Shown here: piece by piece, positions 19,151-30,061 of the stretch
Numbering within the stretch: position 1 is the stretch's first letter
Layout of the letters: each line of letters begins with the position of its first letter
Sequence record: PV357172.2
Origin: a phage
Length of the DNA: 64,000 nucleotides
Strand: one strand, 5' to 3'
Notes under the pieces: model-generated
What the model saw: the letters and a program-made list of their open reading frames with translations, nothing else
Told to the model about the DNA's origin: nothing
Databases searched by the model: none
Translations under genes and position numbers: made by a program

Positions 19151-20977
19151 TTACTTAAGATTTAAGTGTTTTACTCTACCAAGTACTTCTTTTTGTTTCC
19201 CAGAATTGAAAGGCCTACTGCCCGGGGATCCCAGGTACCCGCAAACCCTACGTGTAACCTCTATTTCTTCAGATCCACAACTCGGACATACAAACCCACG
19301 TTCAGAGGCAACAGATTCACCCATATACCCACAGTTGAAGCACTCATCAATTGGTATATTAACACCAATATAATGACTACATTCTAGTCCCTTATCTACT
19401 ACGTATTCAAGAGCTTTATGGAACTTTTTCATTTGTGGTAGTTCCACAAACGATATATTACCACCATTAGCTATTTTGGTGAAATGAGCTTCATACTCAA
19501 ATTTAGTATCCGGAGCTACCTTCTCCCTTACGTCCAAATGATGACTATTAGTGAGATAGCCTTTATCTGTTAGCCAAGAATACTCAGGGAACCTACGTTC
19601 CAGTAGTTTATTAAAGCGATTACATAGAGACTCACTAGGAGTAGCATACAAGCTAAACCCAAGATTAGTCTCATTAGCTTTAACTTCGCAACGATTTTTT
19701 AGGTGAGTAAGAACTTCCTCTGTAAATTCAATACAGTCCCTATGAGTCTGCGGTAAACTAAACATTATTTGGCACATCTCATAGACCCCAATATACCCAA
19801 GAGATACAGAAGATCTACCCTCAAAAATTGGCCATACATACTCTTCCCTATCTAAACGCACACCAAAACCACCGTGCATATAAAGAATAGGGGCTTGTTT
19901 AGCCTTCACTTTCTTAAGTCTATCCAAGAAAAAATCATGAGCTTCAAAAGCCTCATCCACATATTTGTCCAGAATATCCCAGAAATCTTCAAAAACCCCA
20001 TCTGCCTCAGCAGCAACCATAGGTAGATTAATAGACACTACACCTAAATTATTGCGCCCTGCAATTTCTCCGGAGGGGATAGCAGATAAAAAGCTACGAC
20101 AACCCATAGGGGCTTTAAAATCACCAGTAACAGCTATAACTTTCTCATAGCTTAAATAGTCTGGGTACATACGGGTAGCAGAACACTCAAGTGCTAGCTG
20201 TTTTATATCATAGTTAGGATCGCCTGGATTTTTATTTAACCCTTCTTTAACTGAGAATACTAGTTTAGGGAAGATAGGGGTTGACTCGGCAGCACCTAAA
20301 CCTTTAATACGATTTTGGAGGATGGCTTTCTGAATCATCCTTTCCTCCCACTCCTGACCTAATCCAAAGCCAAGCGTAACAAAAGGGGTCTGCCCGTTAG
20401 AGTTAAATAATGAATTAGTTTCATACTCTAGAGCTTGGAATGCATCATAACACTCTTTTTCAGTAAGCTCAGTAGCATACACAGCAGCTTTTCTTTCATC
20501 CTTGAGCCAACGTAGCCCACGACCCAGATGTTTATTGTAAGACTTTCTGACATACGGGGCTAGAACCTCGTCGATACGATCAATAGAGGTACCACCATAC
20601 TGAGCACCAGATACTTGGGCAATAATCTGAGCAGTGATTGCACATGCAGTAGTTATGGATTTAGGAGTTTCAATATTTGCATTACCGATTTTAGTACCAT
20701 TCTTCAGCATGCCCCCCAGATCTACTAAACAACAGTTGGTGTACCCTTGTGCTCTGTAGTCCATGTCATGAATGTGTATTTTACCTAGATTATGCGCGTC
20801 TAACAGGTGTTTAGGTAATTCTTGCGATACTAAATACTTGTTAATTTCCCCAGCTAATAAGTCCCTTTGAGTATGGAACATCTCACTAGGCTTATTAGCA
20901 TTATTATGTTGTAAGTCTTTATCCGCAGTTAGAGTGAGCAGACCTTTGCAATTTTCAATTAATTCATTCTCTGTCAT
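19151..20977 (-). CDS. nrdD: anaerobic ribonucleoside-triphosphate reductase (class III)
   Basis: 608-aa ORF; C-terminal glycyl radical motif RVCGYLGS; Cys cluster CFNCGY...CPSCG. Confidence 0.85.
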   Translation of the reverse strand: MTENELIENCKGLLTLTADKDLQHNNANKPSEMFHTQRDLLAGEINKYLVSQELPKHLLDAHNLGKIHIHDMDYRAQGYTNCCLVDLGGMLKNGTKIGNANIETPKSITTACAITAQIIAQVSGAQYGGTSIDRIDEVLAPYVRKSYNKHLGRGLRWLKDERKAAVYATELTEKECYDAFQALEYETNSLFNSNGQTPFVTLGFGLGQEWEERMIQKAILQNRIKGLGAAESTPIFPKLVFSVKEGLNKNPGDPNYDIKQLALECSATRMYPDYLSYEKVIAVTGDFKAPMGCRSFLSAIPSGEIAGRNNLGVVSINLPMVAAEADGVFEDFWDILDKYVDEAFEAHDFFLDRLKKVKAKQAPILYMHGGFGVRLDREEYVWPIFEGRSSVSLGYIGVYEMCQIMFSLPQTHRDCIEFTEEVLTHLKNRCEVKANETNLGFSLYATPSESLCNRFNKLLERRFPEYSWLTDKGYLTNSHHLDVREKVAPDTKFEYEAHFTKIANGGNISFVELPQMKKFHKALEYVVDKGLECSHYIGVNIPIDECFNCGYMGESVASERGFVCPSCGSEEIEVTRRVCGYLGSPGSRPFNSGKQKEVLGRVKHLNLK

Positions 20978-21635
20978 TGATTATTTCCTCGATAAACCTT
21001 GCTACTATTTCTGGCTCAATACTAAAAAATTCTGTAGCACCATCAAAATCTTTGTACTGACAATTATATTCCTTAAACTGTAAATGGGCCTCTCTTTCAA
21101 TACGCATAGCTTTTGATCTATCTGAAAAGCTATATTCCTTAAATATTTTTAAATCATGTATGTTAGAAGAAGTTTTAATATCTCTGAGTCTATCTTTAGT
21201 TCTGCTAGACACCCCTATTTTGGTTCCCACACTACTTATTAAAATATATACGTTAGTAGGATAATTATCCTTCTCTAATAAACATATAGGACAACCAGAA
21301 TTATGATTTCTAACACTATCAAGTGTAGACTCCCATCTATGATTATTCTCACAGCTGAACATAATTTTACTCTTAGAATTGATGTATTTACCTTCCATCT
21401 TTATTCCACGAGCAGCTAAGGATTCATTTACCTCTTTAAGATCTAAAGTACGACTAGCACAATAAGGGCAACCTCTCCCACCTTTTACATTATCTACTCT
21501 AGCCTCCCAGATATGTCCATTAGAGCACTTAAATACAGCATTGGATTTAGCTGATATATACGTGCTTAGCATAATTATTCCTCTGGGAGCAAGTGTTAAG
21601 TTCACATCTTCTGTAGTTATTTTCTTTCTTACCAT
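20964..21635 (-). CDS. T5orf172/GIY-YIG-like domain protein with tandem zinc-ribbon repeats
   Basis: Two N-terminal repeats (FKCSNGHIWEARVDNVKGGRGCPYC / FSCENNHRWESTLDSVRNHNSGCPIC); C-terminal VYILISSVGTKIGVS...R...E GIY-YIG-like core. Confidence 0.5.
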   Translation of the reverse strand: MVRKKITTEDVNLTLAPRGIIMLSTYISAKSNAVFKCSNGHIWEARVDNVKGGRGCPYCASRTLDLKEVNESLAARGIKMEGKYINSKSKIMFSCENNHRWESTLDSVRNHNSGCPICLLEKDNYPTNVYILISSVGTKIGVSSRTKDRLRDIKTSSNIHDLKIFKEYSFSDRSKAMRIEREAHLQFKEYNCQYKDFDGATEFFSIEPEIVARFIEEIINDRE

Positions 21636-21953
21636 TAAATTCTCCTTAATTCACATATTATACACAATTCCACCCCATAAGTCAACTACATTTTTCTAAT
21701 ACTATTTGACTTTTGATTTTTATCAATTTTTATTGATGCTATACAGCATAATATCTTTACATATAAATAAATGATTATCTAGTATCATATTTTTACCTTT
21801 ATAAGCAAGTAAATTTTTTACTTAAAAGCAATATCATAGGTTTATTTAAAATTATACTTGCTTTTTGCTGTAAACCTTGTTATAATATATTTGTAAGTTG
21901 ATAAACAAGATCTCTTTGTTGATCCTCTGTTAGAAGCGAAGTACACTATAGGA
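21636..21953. promoter_or_regulatory. divergent promoter region between leftward and rightward gene blocks
   Basis: AT-rich 318 bp; plus-strand TTGCTT...TGTTATAAT upstream of 21963 and reverse-complement TTGCT/TATAAT elements for the minus strand. Confidence 0.55.
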
Positions 21954-21962
21954 GTGTTATTT

Positions 21963-22715
21963 ATGGGAAAAGCACGTCAAAAAAGAGAGAACCGCAATGG
22001 TTCAAGAAAGCGTGGCAACAAATATGAGAATAACGTAATTCAGGCTGATTTTTCTAATGATTACGCTAACCCAGTTGCTAAATCCCTAGTAGGTAAAAAC
22101 CGCGAGCAAAAATCATATATCAATATGATCAAGAACAACACAGTGACTGTGGGTATCGGTGAGCCAGGTACTGGTAAAACCTTTATTCCGTCCGTTCTTG
22201 CAGCTCAGGAACTCGTAGACATTCACTCAGATATTGAGCAAGTGATTCTCGTACGTCCTAATGAACCTCTAGGTAAGTCTCTTGGTATGCTTCCTGGTGA
22301 TCTGGCGGAAAAGCTAGAGCCTTGGTTAGAGCCAATAGCTGATGGTATGAAATGGGCCATCGGCGATCATGCCTATAAGGGATATGTCGAACGTCAGAAA
22401 ATTAAATTTTTGGCTGTCGAACATGCTCGTGGCAGAACTTTCAACAACTCCTATGTAATTGTCGATGAAGCTCAGAATATTTCCGTTGAGGCAATGATTT
22501 GTCTCCTAACTCGTGTAGGGCAAGACTGCCGTTTAATTATCTGCGGAGATATAGCTCAGAAAGACATTAAAGGTGACTCAGGTCTAGCACTCCTTATGGA
22601 AGTCTATGAGAAATATGAAAATGCCCCATTCTCAATGATCGAATTGATTGATAACGTTCGTTCTGTTGAGTCTAAAGCATTCTATGATATTTTTAAAGAT
22701 ATGGGAAAGGTGTAA
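21963..22715 (+). CDS. phoH: PhoH-like ATPase
   Basis: Walker A GEPGTGKTF; ATG at 21963 after GGAGTG. Confidence 0.7.
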   Translation: MGKARQKRENRNGSRKRGNKYENNVIQADFSNDYANPVAKSLVGKNREQKSYINMIKNNTVTVGIGEPGTGKTFIPSVLAAQELVDIHSDIEQVILVRPNEPLGKSLGMLPGDLAEKLEPWLEPIADGMKWAIGDHAYKGYVERQKIKFLAVEHARGRTFNNSYVIVDEAQNISVEAMICLLTRVGQDCRLIICGDIAQKDIKGDSGLALLMEVYEKYENAPFSMIELIDNVRSVESKAFYDIFKDMGKV

Positions 22716-22716
22716 T

Positions 22717-22959
22717 ATGGGAAACGTCGTTCATCTGAGCCGTAAAACTAAAATACATCGTACTTCACTGAGTGCTGCTAATATGATTACACGTAAGGAA
22801 GGGGAAGAAAGTCCTAAGACAGCCCTAGCGTGGAAAATTGTAACCTCAAATCCAAATAAACCATTCAATTATAACGAGCTGAGCACCTCTATAGATATTC
22901 TATTAAAAGAAGTAGCTAGAGCTAAAGTAATTGAACAAGCTAAAAAGCTAGACTGGTAA
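22717..22959 (+). CDS. hypothetical protein (about 81 aa)
   Basis: ATG at 22717 after GGGAAAGGTG; track ORF begins at upstream TTG. Confidence 0.45.
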   Translation: MGNVVHLSRKTKIHRTSLSAANMITRKEGEESPKTALAWKIVTSNPNKPFNYNELSTSIDILLKEVARAKVIEQAKKLDW

Positions 22960-23080
22960 TATACAGGGCCTGGGTATGAAAATACTCGGGCCTTTTCTAT
23001 CAGAAAATTTTATTTGCCTAATGACAGATAATAAAGTAGAATATTCCTTAAATCCTGATAACTATAAAAAGGAAAGCCAA

Positions 23081-25411
23081 ATGAGCCATCGCATTGAAAA
23101 AGTAATTAAACGTGACGGTACTGTAGAAGACTTTGCTCCTGAAAAACTCAATGGTTGGGCAGAGTATGGTTGCAAAACAGTTGATGTAAGTTGGTCAGCC
23201 ATTACTATGGCTGCTCAAAAAACTCTGCCTAAGGGGGTTGTAGATTCCGACACTCTGATGGACGCATTAATTAAAGCTGCTGAAAGTCTTATCAAAGATA
23301 ACCCAGCATACGATGTGCCAGCAAAGGAATTACGTCTTGCGCAAATGCGTAAACGCCTTTACGACTCTTTCGAACCACCTTCTCTACGCTTCTTCCATGA
23401 CCATATGGTTAGCGTAGGTGCATGGGAAGACATGAGTGCATGGATTACCGATGAGCAGTTCGAAGCTCTGAATCAGGTTATCGACCATGATCGTGACCGT
23501 CTTTTTACTAGTGGTGGACTGAAACAGTTCTTTGATAAGTATTCCCGTCGTAACATAGCCACTGGTGAAATTTATGAAACTCCGCAGTTTGCCTACATGG
23601 GTATGGCAATGGCGATGTTATCTCAACCTAACTGGACAATTCTAGATGCAATCGACCTCTACAACGCAATGTCACTCCACAAAATCAACGTTCCTACGCC
23701 GCCACTGGTTGGTCTGCGCTCTAGTGACCGTGGATTTGCTAGTTGCTGCCTCGTGGATTCCACTGACACGTTGGATTCAATCGACACCGCCGAGCACATC
23801 GTCTTCAAAATGGTCGCAGCCAGAGCGGGAATCGGGTATCATCTTGAAAGCCGATCAATTGCTGATCCGGTGCGAAATGGGGCATTCCCGCATTCCGGAA
23901 AACTGCCATATTATCGACACATTGACCGCTCAGTAAAGGCCAATACTCAGCAAACTCGTGGTGGTTCTGCCACAGTGTCTTATCCGTACTTCGACCCTGA
24001 AATCATTCAATTGATGCAGGTTAAGCAACAACGTGCTACAGATGAGAATAAAATCGATAAGATGGATTATTCTCTGAGCTTCAACAATCTTTTGTTAAAA
24101 CGTTATCTGAAAAATGAAGATATTACGCTAATGTCATACTTCTATGCTCCAGAAGTTCATGAAGCGTTTTATAGTGATGACGAGGCTAAATTTGAAGAAA
24201 TCTATGTGGCAGCGGAGAAACGTGTGGCATCTCTTACAAAGATCGACCATGAAGGAAAAACAGTTCCAGCAGCTCCTAAAGTCTCTGCAAAAGAAATCCT
24301 AGATACTTGGCTACGTATCCGAATGGAAACAGGACGTATGTATGCCCACCACATCGGGGAATCTAATCGTCACGGTAACTTCCTTGATCCGATCCGTATG
24401 ACAAACCTTTGTGTTGAAATTACTCAGCCTACGCGCCCGTTCCACCACATTACAGAGTTGTATAAGACAAAAGAACAACTTGATCAAATGAAGCCGGAGG
24501 ATATTGGTGAAGTATCTCTGTGTAACTTAGGTGGTGTTGTACTTGGACGCATGGAATCTCTGGCTGAGTGGGAAAAAACTTGCTACATCCTCCTGAAATT
24601 CGTTGATACAATTATTGAAATTCAGGATTACCCATTCCCAACTATGGAATATACGGCTAAGAAACGTCGTAATGTTGGTATTGGTCTGATGAACGCAGCA
24701 GGTGCAATGGCAGCAGAAGGTCTGGCTTACGAAGGTATTGAAGCACGTAACTGGATTCATCGTGAAGCTGAAAAATTGTCCTACTTCCTGCATAAAGCCT
24801 CTGTACGTCTAGCCAAAGAGCAAGGTGCATGTGAGTGGTTTGATCGTACTAAACCATCTAAAGGAATTCTGGTAATCGACACGTACAAGAAAACTGTTGA
24901 TGAACTGGTATCCGTAGGTCTAGAAATGGATTGGGAGTCTCTGCGTGCAGATATTCTGAAATACGGTATGCGTAACTCTGTTCTGACTGCGCAGATGCCG
25001 GGAGAAAGTTCTTCCGTTCTATTAGGGGTTACTAACTCTATTGAACCACCTCGTAAGATTGTATCTATCAAGGGTAGTGCAGTGAATAAAGTAATTGCAA
25101 TTGCTCCAGGTGCAACCGACTGGGAAACGTTAATGAGCTATAAACTGGCTTATGATATTGATCGCACTGAGTGGATCAAGTGGAATGCCGTTTACCAAAA
25201 ATTCTTGAGTCAGTCATCAAGTTTCCAGATGTATTATGATTACTCTAAATTCGAGAATGAAATCATCCCTGGCCCAGTAGTAATTCGTGATTTTATGACT
25301 GCGGTTAAGTATGGCATAAAAACCTGGTATTATGCTAACTTTAACACTGCGAATGGTGGAGGAGCTGGTGAGGAAGCAGCGGGTTGTGCTTCTGGTGGTT
25401 GCCAGTTATAA
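23081..25411 (+). CDS. nrdA: ribonucleotide reductase class Ia large subunit
   Basis: ATP-cone-like N-terminus; catalytic region NLCVEIT; ATG at 23081 after AAAAGGAAAG. Confidence 0.85.
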   Translation: MSHRIEKVIKRDGTVEDFAPEKLNGWAEYGCKTVDVSWSAITMAAQKTLPKGVVDSDTLMDALIKAAESLIKDNPAYDVPAKELRLAQMRKRLYDSFEPPSLRFFHDHMVSVGAWEDMSAWITDEQFEALNQVIDHDRDRLFTSGGLKQFFDKYSRRNIATGEIYETPQFAYMGMAMAMLSQPNWTILDAIDLYNAMSLHKINVPTPPLVGLRSSDRGFASCCLVDSTDTLDSIDTAEHIVFKMVAARAGIGYHLESRSIADPVRNGAFPHSGKLPYYRHIDRSVKANTQQTRGGSATVSYPYFDPEIIQLMQVKQQRATDENKIDKMDYSLSFNNLLLKRYLKNEDITLMSYFYAPEVHEAFYSDDEAKFEEIYVAAEKRVASLTKIDHEGKTVPAAPKVSAKEILDTWLRIRMETGRMYAHHIGESNRHGNFLDPIRMTNLCVEITQPTRPFHHITELYKTKEQLDQMKPEDIGEVSLCNLGGVVLGRMESLAEWEKTCYILLKFVDTIIEIQDYPFPTMEYTAKKRRNVGIGLMNAAGAMAAEGLAYEGIEARNWIHREAEKLSYFLHKASVRLAKEQGACEWFDRTKPSKGILVIDTYKKTVDELVSVGLEMDWESLRADILKYGMRNSVLTAQMPGESSSVLLGVTNSIEPPRKIVSIKGSAVNKVIAIAPGATDWETLMSYKLAYDIDRTEWIKWNAVYQKFLSQSSSFQMYYDYSKFENEIIPGPVVIRDFMTAVKYGIKTWYYANFNTANGGGAGEEAAGCASGGCQL

Positions 25412-25492
25412 TAAAAACAAGGAGATCTTCGGGTCTCCTTTTTCTTTGAAATTTTACTTGCTAATCGCTACCTGATTTGCTATAATATCTAT

Positions 25493-25990
25493 ATGAAATT
25501 AACACAGAGTAGATTAAAAGAGCTAATCTCCTATGACCCTGAAACTGGCGAATTTACCTGGCTCCCAAGAAAAACTTTAGCAAAGCATTTATGGAATGCT
25601 AAAGCAGGAACCTACGATAAATTAGGGTATCTTCGTATAAAAGTTGAAGGAGTTCAATATTTAGCTCATCGCCTAGCCTTCTTGTATATGACTGGAGAAA
25701 TACCGGAAGGAAAAATCGACCATAAAGATACTAATCCGTCTAATTGTGCCTGGGATAATCTCCGTGAAGCCACGAGTTCTCAAAATTCTATGAACTCGTG
25801 TGCAAGATCGGATAACCAGCTTGGAATGAAAAATATTCGTGTAAAAGGCACTTCATTTCAGGTTAGGATAGGCAAAGACGGCAAATCTTATACAAAAACT
25901 TTTAAAACCCTAGAAGAAGCTATAGAATGGAGAGACACCAAACTACTAGAACTTCATGGGGACTTTGCAAACAACGGAGAAGCTAAATGA
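25493..25990 (+). CDS. HNH homing endonuclease (between nrdA and nrdB)
   Basis: HNH motif GEIPEGKIDHKDTNPSNCAWDNL; own promoter-like element upstream. Confidence 0.7.
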   Translation: MKLTQSRLKELISYDPETGEFTWLPRKTLAKHLWNAKAGTYDKLGYLRIKVEGVQYLAHRLAFLYMTGEIPEGKIDHKDTNPSNCAWDNLREATSSQNSMNSCARSDNQLGMKNIRVKGTSFQVRIGKDGKSYTKTFKTLEEAIEWRDTKLLELHGDFANNGEAK

Positions 25991-27132
25991 CTACTTTACT
26001 TAACTTAGAATGGGATCATACTAACGCTGACCTTTTCCTGGGAGATTCTCTTGGTATCGCAGACTATGTTCGTGTTGCTCATCCCGAGCTAGAACGACTC
26101 GCCCTACTGCAGAGGAGCCAGTTTTGGACTGAGACAGAAATCAGTTTAGAAGCTGATAAAAAGCAGTGGGGTAATCTCCCGCGTGAAATTCAGGAAATTA
26201 CACTCCTGAACTTAGCATGGCAAACTCAAACTGATTCCTTTATCAGTCGTGCTCCTGAAGCAGCTATTATGCCACTTGTAAGTCGCCCAGAATTGGAAGG
26301 TATGCTCAAGCAGTGGAGCTACTTCGAAGATCTGCATAGCCGTGCATATAGTAATATTATTCGTAATGTGCTGACTGATCCAGCAGAATTTATTGATTCT
26401 GTAACCAAAAACCAGGAAGCATTCGCACGCATCGCTGATTCTGTTGAGCTATTTGATGAGCTATATCAGTTAGGTCAGTATTTCCTAGCAGTACGTGATC
26501 ATCGTGGCGATAATACTTACCCAGAAACCGAGTTTCCTGAAGTTAAACGTGAAACTCAGGCTAAGCTATTAGACGCTTACTTTGCAATCTACGGTCTGGA
26601 AGCAATGCAGTTTTACGCATCCTTTGCATGTACCTTTGCATTAGCGGAGAACGATATTCTGCAAGGTATTGCTAAAAACCTGCAATTAATCGCTAAAGAT
26701 GAAGCTCTGCACACTCAGATGTCCAAAGCAATCATCCAGATTATGTTTCAGCAATTTGACAAAGATCTGGTAGATGAAGCAGTGGCTAAAGCACCAGCAC
26801 AGCTCCTGAAAACTCTGAAAACTGAAATTGAATGGGGTCATTTCATTTTCAAAGGTCGTAGTCTGATTGGTTTAAATGCAGAACTTCTAGAAGAATATCT
26901 GTATTTTGTGGGACGTAATGCATTTATGCACATCGGTGTAGAATGGCCTAGTCATTTACCAGTAATCACCAAAAACCCTATTCCGTGGATCATGAACTGG
27001 TTGGATACCACTTCTTTACAGCCTGCTCCACAAGAAATCCAGATTGGTGCAGCATATCGTGTAGGTCAAGTCACCGAAACCTCTACTGATACTCTGAAAG
27101 ATCTGGGTAATGAATTTGGAGATTTCTTATGA
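25987..27132 (+). CDS. nrdB: ribonucleotide reductase class Ia small subunit
   Basis: 381-aa ORF following nrdA; helical ferritin-like sequence with conserved E/H positions. Confidence 0.75.
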   Translation: MTTLLNLEWDHTNADLFLGDSLGIADYVRVAHPELERLALLQRSQFWTETEISLEADKKQWGNLPREIQEITLLNLAWQTQTDSFISRAPEAAIMPLVSRPELEGMLKQWSYFEDLHSRAYSNIIRNVLTDPAEFIDSVTKNQEAFARIADSVELFDELYQLGQYFLAVRDHRGDNTYPETEFPEVKRETQAKLLDAYFAIYGLEAMQFYASFACTFALAENDILQGIAKNLQLIAKDEALHTQMSKAIIQIMFQQFDKDLVDEAVAKAPAQLLKTLKTEIEWGHFIFKGRSLIGLNAELLEEYLYFVGRNAFMHIGVEWPSHLPVITKNPIPWIMNWLDTTSLQPAPQEIQIGAAYRVGQVTETSTDTLKDLGNEFGDFL

Positions 27133-27662
27133 TTACAGCAATGTATGCAGTTGGGCCGAATGGGGAGTTCGGCCTCCGCGGTAAACTTCCATGGGGTTCC
27201 TTCAAAGAAGAACTAGATGCTTTCTATTCTCAACTGGACGTGTTGAATCCAGATAACATCATCATTGGTGCGGGTACTTATTTAGCACTTCCAGAAGTTG
27301 TTCGGCAACGTATGATTGGAGAATCAGACCTCTTTATTCGTGCGGATCGTCCTCTGCCTGATGATATTAAACAGGGTATCTATACCCCAATTTCAAAGAT
27401 TGGGGATACATTACCTACATTCTTAAAAGATCAGCAAACAGTAGTTCTAGGCGGTGCAACATTACTGTACGAAATGTATATTCATGGGCATATTGAAAGC
27501 GCTTTTGTATCCACAATCTTTAGTAATCAAAAACTAGAGGCAGATGTACATCTGGATAATACGATTCTAGATTACAACTATGAATCTACTCGTTTAGTTT
27601 ACGCAACTGGCGCAAACAGTGATAACAGCCTGCGATTTGTACAGGAATTGGTTACTTATTAA
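27129..27662 (+). CDS. frd: dihydrofolate reductase
   Basis: N-terminal [22 protein letters not shown] motif. Confidence 0.75.
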   Translation: MITAMYAVGPNGEFGLRGKLPWGSFKEELDAFYSQLDVLNPDNIIIGAGTYLALPEVVRQRMIGESDLFIRADRPLPDDIKQGIYTPISKIGDTLPTFLKDQQTVVLGGATLLYEMYIHGHIESAFVSTIFSNQKLEADVHLDNTILDYNYESTRLVYATGANSDNSLRFVQELVTY

Positions 27663-28516
27663 TGGATCAGTATATCGAAGTTGGAAAACGTATTCTATCA
27701 GAGGGTCAGTGGGTAACGAATCCCAGAACAGGGGTTCGTTGCCTCACCATTATTAACGCAGATTTTACTTTTAATGTAGGTGCAGGTGAATTTCCACTTA
27801 TTACTACCCGTAAGGCGTTTGCAAAACAAGCAATAATGGAAATGATTGGGTATCTACGTGGGTATGATTCAGCAGCACAATTCCGCGCTATTGGTGTTAA
27901 CACATGGAATGCTAATGCAAATGAAAACTTAGCTTGGCTAGACAATCCATACCGTAAAGGTGAGGATGATATGGGACGAGTCTATGGTGTTCAAGGACGT
28001 CAGTGGACTAATTCCGATGGTCTTATGTTTGACCAACTAGCCAAGATTTATCATAACCTGAAGAAGGGCATTGATGATCGTGGGGAAATTCTAACGTTCT
28101 GGAATCCTGGAGAGTTCTCGAAAGGTTGCTTACGTCCATGTATGCACACTCATCAGTTCTCTATTTTGGGGGATACATTATACCTGAACTCTTTCCAGAG
28201 ATCTAATGACTTCCTGTTAGGCCAAGTATTTAACATGGTTCAGTGCTACACGCTTCTAGCATTAATGGCACAGATTACAGGCCTTAAACCAGGGATTGCA
28301 CGCCAGAAGATTATCAATCTTCATATCTATGAGGATCAGTATAATGTTTTGATGGAGCATAAGCAATTCGATCGTGAACCTTTTGCACCTCCTACTCTAG
28401 AAATCAACCCAAATATCCGAACTCTAGAGGATGTATTGACCTGGGTAAGCAAGGATGACTTTACTGTTCGTGGTTACGAGCACCACCCTGCTATTGCATA
28501 TCCATTCACTGTGTAA
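27662..28516 (+). CDS. thyA: thymidylate synthase
   Basis: Catalytic region [10 protein letters not shown] and QRSNDF motifs. Confidence 0.85.
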   Translation: MDQYIEVGKRILSEGQWVTNPRTGVRCLTIINADFTFNVGAGEFPLITTRKAFAKQAIMEMIGYLRGYDSAAQFRAIGVNTWNANANENLAWLDNPYRKGEDDMGRVYGVQGRQWTNSDGLMFDQLAKIYHNLKKGIDDRGEILTFWNPGEFSKGCLRPCMHTHQFSILGDTLYLNSFQRSNDFLLGQVFNMVQCYTLLALMAQITGLKPGIARQKIINLHIYEDQYNVLMEHKQFDREPFAPPTLEINPNIRTLEDVLTWVSKDDFTVRGYEHHPAIAYPFTV

Positions 28517-28595
28517 TTCAAATAAAATATTACTTGCTTGATGTCTAAATTTATAATATAATATTTCCTATATGTATATTATAGGGGATTTACTT

Positions 28596-29150
28596 ATGAT
28601 TATAAAAGAAGGATGGACAAAAGAGTCCGCACGAGCTAGATTTATATACAACCCTGATACAGGGGAGATTTTTAACAGAGTAAATAGCGGACGTGCTAGA
28701 AAAGGAGAATTAGCCGGGTATATTGATAAATCTACGGGGTATGTTAGACTAGTATTATCTGGTAAAAGGATTAAAGGACATCAGCTAGCCTTCTTATATA
28801 TGGAAGGCTATATACCTGATACCATAGACCATATTAATAGAATAAAATCAGATAATAAATGGACTAATCTAAGGGAATCATCGGCTCAAGAAAATGCTAG
28901 AAATATTAGGGCAAGAAGTAAATCGGGCTATTTAGGTGTTGGTTGGTATAAGCCAACCCAAAACTGGTGTGTTTATACTAAGGATAAAGATGGAGTCCAA
29001 GTTAACGGAGGCTACTTTGCATACAAAGAACTAGAGTTAGCAGTTCAAAAGGCTAATGAACTTCGCTTACAGTTACATGGAGAAAACGCTGTTATAGAAG
29101 CTTTTGATTCCACAAAACCACTTCCCACATTAGAGGATCTTAATAAATGA
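28596..29150 (+). CDS. HNH homing endonuclease (between thyA and RNase H)
   Basis: HNH motif EGYIPDTIDHINRIKSDNKWTNL; start at ATG 28596 after AGGGGA. Confidence 0.7.
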   Translation: MIIKEGWTKESARARFIYNPDTGEIFNRVNSGRARKGELAGYIDKSTGYVRLVLSGKRIKGHQLAFLYMEGYIPDTIDHINRIKSDNKWTNLRESSAQENARNIRARSKSGYLGVGWYKPTQNWCVYTKDKDGVQVNGGYFAYKELELAVQKANELRLQLHGENAVIEAFDSTKPLPTLEDLNK

Positions 29151-29626
29151 GTACATTCCACGTTTACACAGATGGTGCTTGTAAGTCTAATCCGGGTTTA
29201 GGTGCTTGGGGATTTATTGTCTATGATGATAATGATGATCGTTTAGGTTCTAAATCTGGCTATAACCCTAAAACCACAAATAACGAGATGGAACTCACGG
29301 CTATTGTAGAGGCTCTTCGCTGGTCTGTTAAAAAAGATAATAGACCAATTGCTATCTATACTGATTCTGCTTATTGCAAAAATGGTATGGAAAGTTGGAT
29401 GTTTTCTTGGCAAAGGAAAGGCTGGAAGAAAGCAGATGGTGAAGTTCCTCTTAATCTAGAACTTTGGCAGGAAGCATTTAAATTAACACAGCAGTATATC
29501 AACTTTCATAATACTAATCCTACCTTTATTAAGGTTAAAGGACATTCTGGTATTAGTGGTAATGAAGCTGTAGACGCCTTATGTAATACAGTTATTACTG
29601 AAGCTGAAATGGCTGAGATGTTATAA
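29147..29626 (+). CDS. rnh: ribonuclease H
   Basis: RNase HI signature VYTDGACKSNPGLGAWGF...ELTAIVEAL...IYTDSAYC. Confidence 0.8.
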   Translation: MSTFHVYTDGACKSNPGLGAWGFIVYDDNDDRLGSKSGYNPKTTNNEMELTAIVEALRWSVKKDNRPIAIYTDSAYCKNGMESWMFSWQRKGWKKADGEVPLNLELWQEAFKLTQQYINFHNTNPTFIKVKGHSGISGNEAVDALCNTVITEAEMAEML

Positions 29627-29699
29627 ATAAATTAAAAATTTTCTTGCTTAAAGCCCTCTAATTTAGTATAATATTCGTATTGAAAGTGAGGAGGGCTTT

Positions 29700-29978
29700 A
29701 TGCGAATTTATAACTCAAATTCATTAGGATTTAAACCATTGAGAAAACGTGCACAATCACCTCGTCAAATAAGAAAGGCTAATATTGGTGAGCCAGAGAC
29801 ACGCCTTCCACCTCCTCCAGAACAACGTTTAGTTTATCTGGACGAAGAATTAGCTGAACGCGAAAGAAAAGCTCAAGAAGAGATTGAGCGTAAGAAAATG
29901 TGTACTGCTCCAGCGTATAATAAAGGGGCGTATCAATACGTCTCAGATGCCGAACAAGCTAAGATGGTTGGTAGATAA
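29700..29978 (+). CDS. hypothetical protein (92 aa)
   Basis: ORF track; GAGGAGGG RBS; promoter module upstream. Confidence 0.5.
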   Translation: MRIYNSNSLGFKPLRKRAQSPRQIRKANIGEPETRLPPPPEQRLVYLDEELAERERKAQEEIERKKMCTAPAYNKGAYQYVSDAEQAKMVGR

Positions 29979-29984
29979 TTTTTA

Positions 29985-30030
29985 AAAAATTCATTTGCTA
30001 AACGCTTCAAATTCTTGTATAATATACTTC
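29985..30030 (+). promoter_or_regulatory. sigma70-like strong early promoter
   Basis: TTGCTA at 29995-30000, 17-nt spacer, TGTATAAT at 30016-30023, A/T-rich upstream. Confidence 0.6.
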
Positions 30031-30061
30031 ATAAATTGATAAACAAAAAGGAAAACAAATA

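Noticed and set aside
21636-21953. Possible CRISPR array or other repeat array in the AT-rich intergenic regions
   Set aside because: No regularly spaced direct repeats with unique spacers were found anywhere in the window; the recurring sequences are promoter modules at gene starts.
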